Assembly: GCA_040756235.1 (NCBI GenBank)
Contig: JBFLZG010000105.1
Location: 32,001 to 96,000 of the forward strand
Origin: a bacterium
GTDB lineage: Bacteria; Desulfobacterota; DSWW01
Length of the DNA stretch: 64,000 bases
Reading direction: 5' to 3'
In this document: piece after piece, positions 49,142-59,586 of the stretch
Layout of the letters: each line of letters opens with the position of its first letter
How positions within the stretch are numbered: the stretch's first letter is position 1
Position numbers and translations under genes: made by a program
The notes under the pieces: generated by a model
Told to the model about the DNA's origin: nothing
What the model saw: the letters and a program-made list of their open reading frames with translations, nothing else
The model's database searches: none

Positions 49142-49153
49142 GGCGCCTCCTCG

Positions 49154-50605
49154 TCAATCCGCACAGCCGGCGCCCATCTTGGAACGAAGGACGTCGGACT
49201 TGAGGAGGAAGGCGCCGTCGGCAACGATCGTCTGCCCGGGCGCCAGGCCGGCAACGATCTCTACGTTGTCGTCGAGCTCCTGTCCCTTCTTCACTTCTCG
49301 GCGAAGGTAGTAGTCTTCGGCCAGGTGCACGAAAACAAAGTCGCGTCCCTCGTCGGAAAGAAGGGCGACCTTGGGCACGGCGAGAACCTCTCTTCCGGAG
49401 GCCACCAGGATCTGGATCCCGCAGAACATACCGGGCCTGAGCAGACCCTGGTCGTTGTCCACGGTCACCCGCACCCGCACGGTCCGGGTCTCTTCATCCA
49501 TGGTGTCGCCGATATAGTCGATTACGCCTCCGAAGGCGCGGCCCGGGAACGCGTGCACGGACACCTTGACCGGGGTCGGATTGCGTTTGTTCTCGAGCAG
49601 CAGTCTCATGTCTTTTTCATAGATATGGGCCCAGACCCACACCGTTGAAAGGTCGGCCAGCAACAGGACGTCCCTCCCGGGGTCCACCACCTCGCCGACG
49701 ACCCCGTGCTTCTCGATGATGGTGCCGCCGAGCGGCGCGCGCACCGGCAACCGGCCGACCAGAATGCCGTTGGCATCCGGCCGGATCGATGCGAGATCGC
49801 GGTCCTTGAGCCCGAAGACGTGCAGCCTCTGCTCGACCGCCTCGAGCTCGGCCTGGTTCTGTTCGTGGCTCATCTGGGCCTCGATCACGTCCCGTTCCGA
49901 GGAGATCTTCCGTGCGAAGAGCGATTTCTCGCGCTCCAGGTTCTTGCGGGAAAGCTCGGTCAACGCCAAGGCCTTCCGGTATTCGCTCAGGGCCTGCCCG
50001 AGCTCCACGCTCTCGATCTCGAAGAGCACCTGGTCCATGCTGACCTTGGTCCCGATATCCACCTGCATGGACCTGATGACGCCGGAGACCCGGGGGGTGA
50101 TGTGAGCGGCAGCGTTTCCGTTCAACTGGATCTCGCCGGTGGCATTGAGCACGGTATCCACCTCGCCCCTCGCAACGCTCACGGGCTTGAAGAGCCCGTC
50201 TCCTCGACCTGCCGCATCCCTCATGAGAGAGGGATCCACCTTGACCACCCCGACCTCGTAGCGGCACATGGCGCACCGGTGGGTGGGGATCTCGTGCTCG
50301 CACCTGGCCGCCAGGATCTCCTCTACGGACATGTCGAGGTCCCGGCCTGAACCGGCCTCTTCGCCGTGCTCGTGATCGAGGTGCGCGTGGTCGTGAGCCC
50401 CGCGGCCCTCGGGCGCTTTCTCTGCGGCCGGAGCTCCCCGTTCGGCAGCGTGGGTCCGGTGTGCAGGTTCATCAGGGCGAGCGGCCGCATCGCCGCTGAT
50501 CGAGCCGCGAGCGTCCTGCCCCTTCGGCCAGAAAAACCAGGCCGCGCCGAAAGCGATGAAGACAACAGCCACAAGGATCGCAAGCCGAATCCTCTGGGTC
50601 CTCAT
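49154..50605 (-). CDS. czcB: CzcB-type adaptor with His/Cys-rich N-terminal extension
   Basis: HDHAHLDHEH, CEHEIPTHRCAMC, ADLSTVWV, TRTVRVRV, LRPGMF. Confidence 0.88.
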   Translation of the reverse strand: MRTQRIRLAILVAVVFIAFGAAWFFWPKGQDARGSISGDAAARPDEPAHRTHAAERGAPAAEKAPEGRGAHDHAHLDHEHGEEAGSGRDLDMSVEEILAARCEHEIPTHRCAMCRYEVGVVKVDPSLMRDAAGRGDGLFKPVSVARGEVDTVLNATGEIQLNGNAAAHITPRVSGVIRSMQVDIGTKVSMDQVLFEIESVELGQALSEYRKALALTELSRKNLEREKSLFARKISSERDVIEAQMSHEQNQAELEAVEQRLHVFGLKDRDLASIRPDANGILVGRLPVRAPLGGTIIEKHGVVGEVVDPGRDVLLLADLSTVWVWAHIYEKDMRLLLENKRNPTPVKVSVHAFPGRAFGGVIDYIGDTMDEETRTVRVRVTVDNDQGLLRPGMFCGIQILVASGREVLAVPKVALLSDEGRDFVFVHLAEDYYLRREVKKGQELDDNVEIVAGLAPGQTIVADGAFLLKSDVLRSKMGAGCAD

Positions 50606-51978
50606 TCCGTGTTTCCTCCTAATGGACCAGCGATCAGCCGCTCCACCTCGGCGACCGCTTTGTGGAGCTCAGAAAGGGCTTCGATGTAGCGGGATCGCGC
50701 TTCGAAGAAAGTCCGCTGCGCATCCAGAGCCTCCAGGTAGTCGAACTTGCCCTGTCGAAATCCTTCGTTCACGGCGTCGAACGCTTCCCGCGCGCCGGGC
50801 ACGACCTCTTCCTGCAGACGGGTCACCCTTGCATGGGCCGCGGCAAGCCCCTGGTAGGCCAGAGCGAACGATTGCGACAGCCGCTGGACGGCAGCCCTCT
50901 TCTCCTCGTCGGCCTTGGACAGCCTGTACCGGGCCTCCAGCAGCGCCCCCTGATTGCGGTCGAAAATCGGAACGGGAACAGAGAAGCCGCCGACGAACGC
51001 CGTCTCCTCGCTTTCGTTCAGGCGGCGGACGCCTCCGCTCAAGGTCACGTCCGGGATCCGCCCGGCCTGCTCCAGCGCCACCGCGGCGAGGCGCTGCTCG
51101 ACCTCTGCGCTCCAGCGCGCGACTTCAGGATTCCGGGAGACGCGGGCTGCGAGCTCCTCTGCGTCCGGCAGGGCCGCGGTTGCGAACAGATCTCCCTCCA
51201 CCCTCTCGAATCGAGGGGACCGGCTGCTCCAGCTTGCTGCCAGGTTTGCCCGGGCAGCCTCCAGCTCGCGCTGCGCCGTCTCGAGCTCGATGCGCTGGGC
51301 TGCCAGGGCCACTCGGGCCCTCGTCTCCTCGATCGGCGAGACCCTCCCCGCCAGGACCCGTTCGGCTGCGGCATGGCGTACCTGTTCTGCCAGCCGGACC
51401 AGCTCCCGGTTCAATCGGACCCGTTCCTGGGCAGCCAGCATGTCCACAAAGGCCTTCGTCGTTTCGGCAAAGACGTCGATCCGCCGGCTCTCGAAATCCC
51501 AACCCGCCAGGTCCCGGTCCAGGGAAGCCAATTGCCTCCTCTTCGAGGGTTTGCCCGCCAGCTCCAGAAGCTGGCTGACCTGGACCGTGGATTCGGTCTC
51601 ATCGAGCCCGCCCGATGCTCCGGTGCCGCCCCAATTCTCGATCTCGATCTCGATCTCGGGATTGGCCGGAAGCCCGTCCTGAAGGGCCCTGGCCTCCAGG
51701 GCACGCACCTCCCAGGAAAAGGCCCTCAGGCCCGGGTTGTGCATCAGGGCCAGGGACAGCGCCTGGCGGAGGCTCAGGATTCCTGTGGGCTCTTCCAGGT
51801 CCGGCGAGACCGCAGAGGCAGGGGCCGAAGGCTCGAGCGGCGGCCGATAGGCGGCATATCCCGCACCCAGAGGGAGGGGGGCCGGCCAGCCTGCATCTGT
51901 GGCGCGCCCGACGCATCCGCCGATGCTCACCGCAACCGCAAGGGAAGCTGCCAGAAAAAACCCGTCTCGTGTCGACAT
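50602..51978 (-). CDS. czcC: CzcC-type TolC outer-membrane lipoprotein
   Basis: Lipobox IGGC, PIFDRNQG, GKFDYLEALDAQRT; stop overlaps the czcB start. Confidence 0.88.
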   Translation of the reverse strand: MSTRDGFFLAASLAVAVSIGGCVGRATDAGWPAPLPLGAGYAAYRPPLEPSAPASAVSPDLEEPTGILSLRQALSLALMHNPGLRAFSWEVRALEARALQDGLPANPEIEIEIENWGGTGASGGLDETESTVQVSQLLELAGKPSKRRQLASLDRDLAGWDFESRRIDVFAETTKAFVDMLAAQERVRLNRELVRLAEQVRHAAAERVLAGRVSPIEETRARVALAAQRIELETAQRELEAARANLAASWSSRSPRFERVEGDLFATAALPDAEELAARVSRNPEVARWSAEVEQRLAAVALEQAGRIPDVTLSGGVRRLNESEETAFVGGFSVPVPIFDRNQGALLEARYRLSKADEEKRAAVQRLSQSFALAYQGLAAAHARVTRLQEEVVPGAREAFDAVNEGFRQGKFDYLEALDAQRTFFEARSRYIEALSELHKAVAEVERLIAGPLGGNTE

Positions 51979-52119
51979 GGGAACCTCGACCGCAAGGGGA
52001 TGACGGACCCTGCCTGCCGGCCGGAGGAACGTTCCGCCAGGGCCCGGCGCAGCAACCCGGCGAGAGCTTGCAGAAGCCCCGACCCCGGAGGGCCGAAGCA
52101 AAGCAGAGTGTAGGGTTTC

Positions 52120-52587
52120 TCAGATCAAGAGGACGACCGCGGAGAGCAGGGCGAGGCAGATTCCCTGCCCGCAGCAGTGAGATGCGTGGGCCCGGAGAGA
52201 GGTGACCGCCTCCGGTTCCTCAGCGGGAATGCCAAGAGCTGCGGCGGGAGCGGCGGCCGGTGCGAAAGTCACGAAGGCCGGAAGGGGAGCGATCCCCTCG
52301 GACAGGATCGATATGGGTAGGTCCAGGCGACAACCACAGGGCGTATGAAAGTCGCGGTCTCCCGGTGCGGCAGCGACTTGAAAGGAGCTCTCCGAAGCGT
52401 TTGCTGCGCCAGGCAAGCCGCAGCAGTGCCCGGAAGAGCGCGGCTCGATCGCGATGTGGCCGTCGGAGCCGAAACAGACCACGAGGCCCGCCATGTTGCC
52501 CATGGCCAGAGACAGACAAACGATCCCGGCAAGCATCGACCAGCGTTGCCTGACGATCGGCGTGGTGAGTGGAGATCTCATGAACAT
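52120..52587 (-). CDS. Cys/His-rich small membrane-anchored protein heading czcCBA (ends SAVVLLI)
   Basis: TM segment, VVCFGSDGHIAIE, HCC, CGCRLD, Pro/Ala linker, HCC. Confidence 0.62.
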   Translation of the reverse strand: MFMRSPLTTPIVRQRWSMLAGIVCLSLAMGNMAGLVVCFGSDGHIAIEPRSSGHCCGLPGAANASESSFQVAAAPGDRDFHTPCGCRLDLPISILSEGIAPLPAFVTFAPAAAPAAALGIPAEEPEAVTSLRAHASHCCGQGICLALLSAVVLLI

Positions 52588-52930
52588 CCTAACAGCGCAG
52601 GTAGACCAGCGCCCCGATAGGTTACTTCATTGGTAGCAATTTGTTGGATGCAAAATCAACCGGTCTGGGTAGGGGCGTGCGGGCGTGCGCAAACCCGCAC
52701 AGATAGGCAGCAGGCGTTCCGCTAATGCGTGAGAACCGGGCGTGCCGCGGTCGTCTCGCAGGCGCGCCGATGGCGGCGAAGTTATGCCGCAGACGGCCTC
52801 GGGCTATCAGCTCTCCTCCCCGAGCTTGTGGCTCACCGGTTGTCCACAACAGCTTTTGTGGATCATTTTATGGCAGAAATGAGCCACAAGCTCCGTTCCT
52901 GCAAATATGTGCGCAGCAAATCGCCTCCCG

Positions 52931-53182
52931 CTACTCGACGATATTCAGCAGTCCCGGGAAGGCAAGAATTGCCGCACGGCGGCCACTTCCGGGCGCAAGA
53001 ACGCGCAAGATTCCGCCCTGTTGCAGGACTCCGAGGAAACGCTTCGCAGTGGGGGCCGGAATTCCTGCCGAATCGACGAAGTCCGAGCTGCGAAAGATAG
53101 GCCTCCCAAAGATCCAGTCGAGGGCGCGAATCGCATGCTGCGAGCGGGTCATCTCGGGCACTCGGCGCTTCATCTCCCCCAC
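52931..53182 (-). pseudogene. C-terminal (HTH) remnant of a Fic-family protein
   Basis: RSQHAIRALDWIFGRPIF..IPAPTAKRFL..SGRRAAILAFPGLLNI resembles Fic C-termini; no Fic catalytic motif upstream. Confidence 0.55.
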
Positions 53183-53361
53183 TCCTCGTGGATTGCTCCG
53201 GAAGCCGACCGGTGGCCTTTGAACCTGATGGACGGTACGCAGGTATATGACGTTGCCGCCTATCTGTCAACGAAAGGGTCTGTCCCGCCGCATGGGGCTC
53301 GGGGACGACAGTTGAGCCGGGTTCTCAGGTCTTCTCTGGCGCAGCGGCCTAGATCAGGCAA

Positions 53362-55443
53362 TCATCTCTGTCGCAGCAGGCGCGAGGAGTTGGCGAGGAT
53401 TCCGAGGTCGGGCAGCGATTGCGCCGCGGCGGCCAGGACGGGCGGCAGGAAGCCGAACGCGGCCAGCCCGAGCCCGACGACATTGTACAGGGCCGTGAAG
53501 CCCAGATTCATCTTCACGACTCTCATGGTGGCCCGGGCCGTGCGCATCGCCTCCGGCACCAAGGTCCAATCCTCCCGCATGAGGGCTATGTGGGCGGCTT
53601 CGATCGCCACGTCCGCGGCCGCGCCCATGGCGATCCCGACGTCTGCGAGAGCCAGCGCGGGCGCGTCGTTCACACCGTCCCCGACCATGACCACGATGTG
53701 CTTTCGGGTCTGGTATTCCTTGACCACCGCGATCTTGTCCTCGGGCAGCAGGCCGGAACGATGGCGTACGCCGAGCCTCTCGGCCAGGGCGGCGGCCGTG
53801 CGCTCGTTGTCGCCGGTCAGCAGCTCGATCCGGCGCACGCCGAGGCTGCGCAACCGCTCCAGGGCCGCAGGCACCTCCGGCCGCAAGGTGTCGGCGGCGG
53901 CAAGGACCCCGGCGAGCGCGCCGTTGCACGCCACGAAGAGCAGCGTCTTGCCTTGGCGTTCCAGCTCTGCGGCCAGGGGTACGGAGTCCGCCGCCGGGAT
54001 CATGCGGCGGTTGCCCACCGCGACAGGCGTTCCGGAAACGTTTGCCCGCATCCCCAGACCGGGGAGGGCTTCGAATCCTTCCGGTGCAAACAGGGCGAGA
54101 CCTTCCGTGCGCGCCGCGGCGCGCCCGGCCGCTGCCATCGGGTGCTCCGAGTAGCGTTCGGCGGAAGCGGCCAGCAACAGGATGTCCCGGGCGGGGCGGC
54201 CATCGAGCGGGACGATGTCGGTGATTTCCGGTCGGCCGAGGGTGAGCGTCCCGGTCTTGTCGAGCAGCACCGTGTCGGCCTTGGCGAGCGCTTCGAGGTA
54301 CTTGCCGCCCTTGATGAGCAGCCCCTTCCTGGCCCCTGCGCCGACCGAGGCGAGCATCGCGATCGGTGTGGCCAGGGCGATCGAGCAGGAGCAGGCCACG
54401 ACCAGCACGGCGGCGGTCGACAGCGGGTCGCGGCTGAAGAGGAAGGTGAGCGCGGCGACCCCTGCCACGACCGGCAGGTAGTAGCCGCTGAACTTGTCCG
54501 CGAACCGCTGCACGTCGGAGCGGTGCATCTCGGCTTCTTCCACCATCTTGACCACGCGCCCGAAGGTCGTGTCCGGGCCGATGCGTTCGACCCGCACGCG
54601 CAGGCTGCCCAGGCGCGCGATGGTCGCCGCGAAGACGTGCGCCCCGGCCGCAACCTCCACGGGCATCGATTCGCCCGTGATGGCGGACTGCTCGACCGTG
54701 GCTTGCCCGGCCGCCACTTCTCCGTCCACGGGAATCTTCTCCCCGGGACGGACGACAACGATTTCCCCGACGCGGACCTCGGTAACAGGGACCTCCTGCT
54801 CTGCCCCGCCGCGTTCGACCCGCGCCGACTGCGGGGCCATCGCAGTCAGGTCCCGGACGGCCCGGCGCGCGCTCGCCGTGGTGAACTTCTCGGCGTAGTC
54901 GCCCACGCGCATGAAGAACACGATCACCGCGGCCGTGGCCCACTGGCCGATCGCCAGCGCTGCCGCGACGCCCAGGGTCATCAGCGTGTGGGAGATGACC
55001 TTTCCCTTGCGCGCGGCGCGAACGACGCTGAGGAAGATGGGCCAGCCGCTCACGAGGACGAGAGCCAGTCCGGCGGTGAACGGCACGCGCTCCGTGAGGC
55101 TCTCGAACAGGCCGAGCCATTCCCCCACGACGACGATGAACAACACGCCGCCGAAGGCGACCGCCAGAAGCGTCGCGATGCGGCGCGTGAACTGGGCGAG
55201 CTCGGGCTCGTGCGCCGGAGCGGCCGGCTCGGAGACGCGGTAGCCCGCCCCCTCTATGGCCTTGCACAGGTCGGGGAAGGCGGCCAGTGAGGGATCCAGC
55301 CGCACGACGGCTTTCCCCGAGGAGAGATAGACGTCGACCGAGTCAACGCCGGGCAGCTCCGCGATGGCGTCCCGGACGTGCCGCGTGCATTCGGCACAGT
55401 CCATGCCCTCTATCGGAACTTCGACAGTCTCCAATCCGGCCAT
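53362..55443 (-). CDS. Heavy-metal P1B ATPase with non-canonical CSC intramembrane motif
   Basis: GMDCAEC HMA domain, TGES, ACSCSIALATP, DKTGT, SEHP, GDGVNDAP, YN, QSLPD. Confidence 0.9.
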   Translation of the reverse strand: MAGLETVEVPIEGMDCAECTRHVRDAIAELPGVDSVDVYLSSGKAVVRLDPSLAAFPDLCKAIEGAGYRVSEPAAPAHEPELAQFTRRIATLLAVAFGGVLFIVVVGEWLGLFESLTERVPFTAGLALVLVSGWPIFLSVVRAARKGKVISHTLMTLGVAAALAIGQWATAAVIVFFMRVGDYAEKFTTASARRAVRDLTAMAPQSARVERGGAEQEVPVTEVRVGEIVVVRPGEKIPVDGEVAAGQATVEQSAITGESMPVEVAAGAHVFAATIARLGSLRVRVERIGPDTTFGRVVKMVEEAEMHRSDVQRFADKFSGYYLPVVAGVAALTFLFSRDPLSTAAVLVVACSCSIALATPIAMLASVGAGARKGLLIKGGKYLEALAKADTVLLDKTGTLTLGRPEITDIVPLDGRPARDILLLAASAERYSEHPMAAAGRAAARTEGLALFAPEGFEALPGLGMRANVSGTPVAVGNRRMIPAADSVPLAAELERQGKTLLFVACNGALAGVLAAADTLRPEVPAALERLRSLGVRRIELLTGDNERTAAALAERLGVRHRSGLLPEDKIAVVKEYQTRKHIVVMVGDGVNDAPALALADVGIAMGAAADVAIEAAHIALMREDWTLVPEAMRTARATMRVVKMNLGFTALYNVVGLGLAAFGFLPPVLAAAAQSLPDLGILANSSRLLRQR

Positions 55444-55471
55444 TGCCTTCGCTTCTCTTCCGTTCCTTTCC

Positions 55472-55589
55472 TTCCGTCACCCCGGCGAAAGCCGGGGTCC
55501 AGTCCCTGCACCCGGTACTTACAGCGTCGTGATGCACCCTCCTGGATCCCGGCTCAGACGCGCTCCGCGGCGGCGCCGGGATGACGGAA
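55472..55589. repeat. Intact REP dyad (GTCA..TCCA / TGGA..TGAC family)
   Basis: TTCCGTCACCCCGGCGAAAGCCGGGGTCCA ... TGGATCCCGGC..GCCGGGATGACGGAA. Confidence 0.85.
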
Positions 55590-55618
55590 TGGCGCCATAC
55601 ATTGCCTGATTCCCGCGA

Positions 55619-56089
55619 TCAGCGGGCCGGCGCGCTCTCCAGCGTGATCCCTTTCGCCTGCATTTCCTTGATGTACTTCTCGGGGTTCTCCTTGAACGCG
55701 GGGATGCAGCCGGCGCAGCAGAAGTAGACGCGCTTGCCGTCGTGGTCCGCGAACACCGAGCGGTCCACCGGAGCGCCGAGGATCGGACACAGCTCCTGGC
55801 GCCCGGAGGCGGCGGCCGGCGCCTCGGTCGCGCCCGCAAGATGCGTCATGGGCTGCTGCGGTTGTGTGGCCGCGTGCTGGCCGGCTTGCGGTTGATGATT
55901 CATTCCCTGATGAGCCGTTGCCGGGTGGTTCACCCCTTGCTCATGGGAGCCCGAGCAGCACCCGGATGCCAGCACCAAAGGCCGTCCGACTTCGCCGCTG
56001 CCCTCCGCCTTCGCGTCTGAGACCGCGATCAGGCTTCCGATCAATGCCATCGCAAAGATCGCCGCAACCGTCTTCCTTGTTCTGAACAC
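55619..56089 (-). CDS. Secreted YHS-domain protein
   Basis: Signal peptide, CC, His/Gln/Met-rich linker, CPILG..VYFCCAGC..NPEKY. Confidence 0.8.
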   Translation of the reverse strand: MFRTRKTVAAIFAMALIGSLIAVSDAKAEGSGEVGRPLVLASGCCSGSHEQGVNHPATAHQGMNHQPQAGQHAATQPQQPMTHLAGATEAPAAASGRQELCPILGAPVDRSVFADHDGKRVYFCCAGCIPAFKENPEKYIKEMQAKGITLESAPAR

Positions 56090-56193
56090 AGCGCATCCTC
56101 CCAGTAGTTCCGATGGAAGCCTCTGAATGCAGCGCCGCTCCCTGACCTTGCATGCGAAGCGGCGCTCACTCCGTTTGTTCGCACCTCAGCTCT

Positions 56194-56544
56194 TTAGACG
56201 TGAGCCTTTGCCGGTCCGGTCCAGCGGCGGGGGGTCGTGTTTCCCGTGCTGCCGTGCTTGTTCAGGTACTTCTCCGGTTCGCCCAGGAAGGGCTTCTCGC
56301 AATGGGCGCAGCACAGGTAGACCTTGTGACCGCCGTGAGTGACGAACTCCGACTTGTCCACGACCATGCCCGTGACGGGGCAACGCACGACGACCGGTGA
56401 AGGCAGGGCCTTCTCGATCTCCACGGATTCGACTCTCTGTTTCAGCATCTGCGGAGTATCCACCTTTGCCGCGGCCGTGATCGGCACCGCCAGCACTCCG
56501 GTCAGGAGCATGGATACGACCGAGCTTACGAGTCTGGTTTTCAT
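56194..56544 (-). CDS. Secreted YHS-domain protein
   Basis: Signal peptide, CPVTGM..VYLCCAHC..EPEKY. Confidence 0.78.
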   Translation of the reverse strand: MKTRLVSSVVSMLLTGVLAVPITAAAKVDTPQMLKQRVESVEIEKALPSPVVVRCPVTGMVVDKSEFVTHGGHKVYLCCAHCEKPFLGEPEKYLNKHGSTGNTTPRRWTGPAKAHV

Positions 56545-56602
56545 TGCCTTTCTCCCTCTGTACGGTTTTCTGGGCCTTTGACAACGGACGCCAGAAAGGG
56601 AG

Positions 56603-56618
56603 TGCATTCTGAGTGCCA
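56603..56618 (-). promoter_or_regulatory. sigma54 promoter of the YHS-YHS-ATPase genes
   Basis: TGGCAC-TCAGA-ATGCA with GG-N10-GC spacing; paired 16-mers at 56702-56717 and 56725-56740. Confidence 0.72.
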
Positions 56619-56907
56619 GACCGTCCTCATCCGGTTTCCGCAGCATTTGCCGGAGCTTGCGAGCCGGGGTCGGGCAGCGGCCCGGCTCGCGGCACTACAT
56701 TTGCAGAATACTCCACAGCCGGGCTGCCGAATATTCTGCAGTACGGGAAGGTGCATGCATGATCTGGATGACCAGTACTGTGAGGGCGAATCTTTCGCCC
56801 TACAAGGTCATGGACCCCGGGAGGGGCGCAGCAATCGGCGCCCCTACAGAGCCTCGTGCGACCATAGGCCGGAATCGAAACAACGCGGCTGCCGGAACCT
56901 CGGCTCT

Positions 56908-57011
56908 TTCCGTCACCCCGGCGAAGGCCGGGGTCCAGTCCCTGCTCACGGGGAATTCAGGCTCCTGGATCCCGGCTTACACGCGCTTCGCCCATGGGCC
57001 GGGATGACGGA
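56908..57011. repeat. Intact REP dyad
   Basis: TTCCGTCACCCCGGCGAAGGCCGGGGTCCA ... TGGATCCCGGC..GGCCGGGATGACGGA. Confidence 0.85.
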
Positions 57012-57063
57012 GTGATGGACTCGCGGCCGGAAGCCGGCTCGTTCCGGTCATGGTGCCCCCGGG

Positions 57064-57978
57064 TCAGAACCACACGTCCGGCTCATGAAAATCCGCCGGC
57101 TCGAGCTGAATGGTCATGTGGCAGATCCCGAAGCGATCGCAGAGCGTGTCCCGGATCTTCCTCAGGAGGACCTGGTGGGATTGCCCGCCGTCGACCACGA
57201 TGTGTGCCGACAACGACTCCATCCCGCTCGAGATCGTCCAGATGTGCAGGTCGCAGACGTCCGTGACGCCGGGAGTCGCGATGATCGCGTTCTTCACCTC
57301 GTCGACGTCGATGTGGACCGGGACGCCTTCCATGAGGACGGCCACCGATTCCTTGAGCAGGCCCCATGACGAGTAGACCACGAGCGCGCCGATCAGCAGA
57401 GAGGCCAGCGGGTCGGCCCAGCTCCAGCCGAACCCCAGGATCAGGGCACCCGCGATGATGGCCTGCAGGCTGCCGAAGGCATCGGTCAGAACGTGCAGCC
57501 AGACGCCGCGGACGTTCAGGCTGCCCTGCCTCCCGCCTTTCAGGATCCAGAGGCTGACGAGATTGATGACGAGCCCTCCGGCCGCGATCGCCATCATGAG
57601 AGTGCCCCGCACCTCCGGAGGGTGCCGGAGCCGCTGATAGGCCTCCACGAAGATCAGAATGGACACGGCGATCAGGGCCGCGCCGTTTGCCAGGGCCGCC
57701 AGGATCTCGGTCCGATAAAAGCCGTAGGTGTGCCTCACGGTCGGAGGCCTTCGGGCGAACCAGACGGCAAACAGGGCAAGCCCCAGCGCGGCCACGTCCG
57801 AGAGCATGTGCCCGGCGTCCGCCAGCAGGGCCAGCGAGTTCGCCAGGACCCCGCCCACGACCTCGGCGACCATGTACCCTGCGGAGAGCAGGAGCGTCGC
57901 GGTCAGCCGTTTGCGGTTGGTCTCACGTTCGGACTCGGTCTGGGGACGGGGATGCGGGTGCGGGTGCGTTCCTGCCAT
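57064..57978 (-). CDS. Cation diffusion facilitator (CzcD/ZitB-like Zn/Co/Cd exporter)
   Basis: SLALLADAGHMLSD, TYGFYRTE, LHVLTD, DLHIW, HMTIQLE; His-rich N-terminus. Confidence 0.93.
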   Translation of the reverse strand: MAGTHPHPHPRPQTESERETNRKRLTATLLLSAGYMVAEVVGGVLANSLALLADAGHMLSDVAALGLALFAVWFARRPPTVRHTYGFYRTEILAALANGAALIAVSILIFVEAYQRLRHPPEVRGTLMMAIAAGGLVINLVSLWILKGGRQGSLNVRGVWLHVLTDAFGSLQAIIAGALILGFGWSWADPLASLLIGALVVYSSWGLLKESVAVLMEGVPVHIDVDEVKNAIIATPGVTDVCDLHIWTISSGMESLSAHIVVDGGQSHQVLLRKIRDTLCDRFGICHMTIQLEPADFHEPDVWF

Positions 57979-58183
57979 GCAGCGGTTTCCCGAGTCGGAC
58001 TTCTTCAGAGCCTGTCCAAGAAACTCGATCTTGAGGATGCTCAGAGGCTGTTCAATTTTCTATTATAACTCTTGTAAGGCACAATGGGAGCACAAGTGCA
58101 CCTTTTTTCATTTTGCCGGTTTCTATTCCCCAACGGAGGCATTCCTCTCAGGTATCCGGTATCCGGGCAGGAGGGTCATCGTC

Positions 58184-58582
58184 ATGGCTCGTTACGGGAT
58201 GGCAGTCACCGTGCAGGGCTCCATGAAAGAGGTCAGAGGCAAAGTAGCCGAGGCGCTGAAGGCCCAGGGATTCGGCATTCTCACCGAAATCGACGTGCAG
58301 AAGGCGCTCAAGGAGAAGATCGGGGTGGATTTCGAGCCTTACCTGATCTTGGGCGCGTGCAGTCCGGGCCTGGCCCATCAGGCGCTCACGGCAGACCGAT
58401 CGATCGGTCTGCTGCTCCCCTGCAACGTCGTGCTGCGAGACACCGGGGAGGCCGTGGAAGTGAGCATTCTCGACCCGGAGGCGATGTTCGAGATGGTCGA
58501 GCCCGAGGCCAGGTCGGCGCTGGCCGGCCTGCCCGCAGAAGCCAAGAGCCGGTTGCGCAAGGCTCTGGCCGCCCTGAAGTAG
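58184..58582 (+). CDS. DUF302 domain protein
   Basis: GFGILTEIDV, YLILGACSP, IGLLLPCNVV. Confidence 0.88.
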   Translation: MARYGMAVTVQGSMKEVRGKVAEALKAQGFGILTEIDVQKALKEKIGVDFEPYLILGACSPGLAHQALTADRSIGLLLPCNVVLRDTGEAVEVSILDPEAMFEMVEPEARSALAGLPAEAKSRLRKALAALK

Positions 58583-58584
58583 AA

Positions 58585-59586
58585 TCAGGGATTCAGGAAG
58601 CGCTCCACGAGCTGCCTCGAGATGAGCGGCGCGTTCCCGCCCGCGCGGTTGTTGACGATCACGTTGATGCGGATCTTGCGTTGCACGGCTTTTTGCATCA
58701 GGGCCGCGGCGTCCTCGATCATGCGCGGGTCGAGCATGCCATCCACGATGGCGTTGAAAGGGTGAGCGCGGGCGTAGGCCTCCTCATAGCGCACGTTGCG
58801 CGGCGTCATGAGCCGCAGGACGCACTGGTTTCCCGCGTTGAAGAACTCGCGTCCCGCCAGCGAAAACTGGCGCCGCAGCGACGGGAGCCAGGTCCAGTGG
58901 GACAGCACCTGGCCCACCCCGTGCTCCCGGAACACCGAGAACACCGGCTCGACCAGCAGCGTGTCCGTGCGCAGCTCGAAATGGTAGCGGCTGTCCTTCG
59001 GGATCTTGCGGAAGAACGCGTCCAGGGACTCGGCCATCCGCTCCGGCTCGATGCGCCCCTCCCTGCGCTGGTACTCCTGCTCGAACACGAACCCGCCGAG
59101 CAGAGGTCCCAGCAGCTCGACCGCGGGCTCGTAGAACTGCCGCGTGAAACAGTCGGCGCTGAGGTATTCCGGATTCTCCGCGTACCGGCCTGCCTGCCAC
59201 ATCTTCTGGGCGCAGACGGTCTGGGGCACCTTGAGGATCAGCGCATCCCCGTCGCGCATGTGCTGCCGGTACGATTGGATGACCCGGTGGTTGGTCGTGG
59301 GCTTTCCGTCTTTCTCCAGCAGGGGCCGATAGAAGGTGAAGTCGATCTCGAGGATCCGGAAGTGCCGGAAGAACTCCTCCGCGGATTCGACCGGCAGGAC
59401 CTCCTCCACGAACGATTTGTCCCCCAGGGTCCTGGACCTGCGCGTGATCCTGCCCCGGTAGCGGCCCTCGGAATAGATCTGGCCGATCCATCCGACGTAG
59501 CGGTCGCTGGCCGTCCCGATGGACACGTCCGGGTGGAGCCCCCGGAAGAGGAAATGCTCCGGGTCGAGGATTTCGGTTTCCGCCAT
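58585..59586 (-). CDS. DUF72 domain protein
   Basis: IGTASDRY, EIDFTFYRP, LKVPQ, YHFELR, NNRAGGNAP. Confidence 0.82.
   Translation of the reverse strand: MAETEILDPEHFLFRGLHPDVSIGTASDRYVGWIGQIYSEGRYRGRITRRSRTLGDKSFVEEVLPVESAEEFFRHFRILEIDFTFYRPLLEKDGKPTTNHRVIQSYRQHMRDGDALILKVPQTVCAQKMWQAGRYAENPEYLSADCFTRQFYEPAVELLGPLLGGFVFEQEYQRREGRIEPERMAESLDAFFRKIPKDSRYHFELRTDTLLVEPVFSVFREHGVGQVLSHWTWLPSLRRQFSLAGREFFNAGNQCVLRLMTPRNVRYEEAYARAHPFNAIVDGMLDPRMIEDAAALMQKAVQRKIRINVIVNNRAGGNAPLISRQLVERFLNP

Noticed and set aside
52621..52652. AT-rich imperfect dyads upstream of the czc leader as a Zur/Fur-type box
   Set aside because: Symmetry too weak to assign by eye
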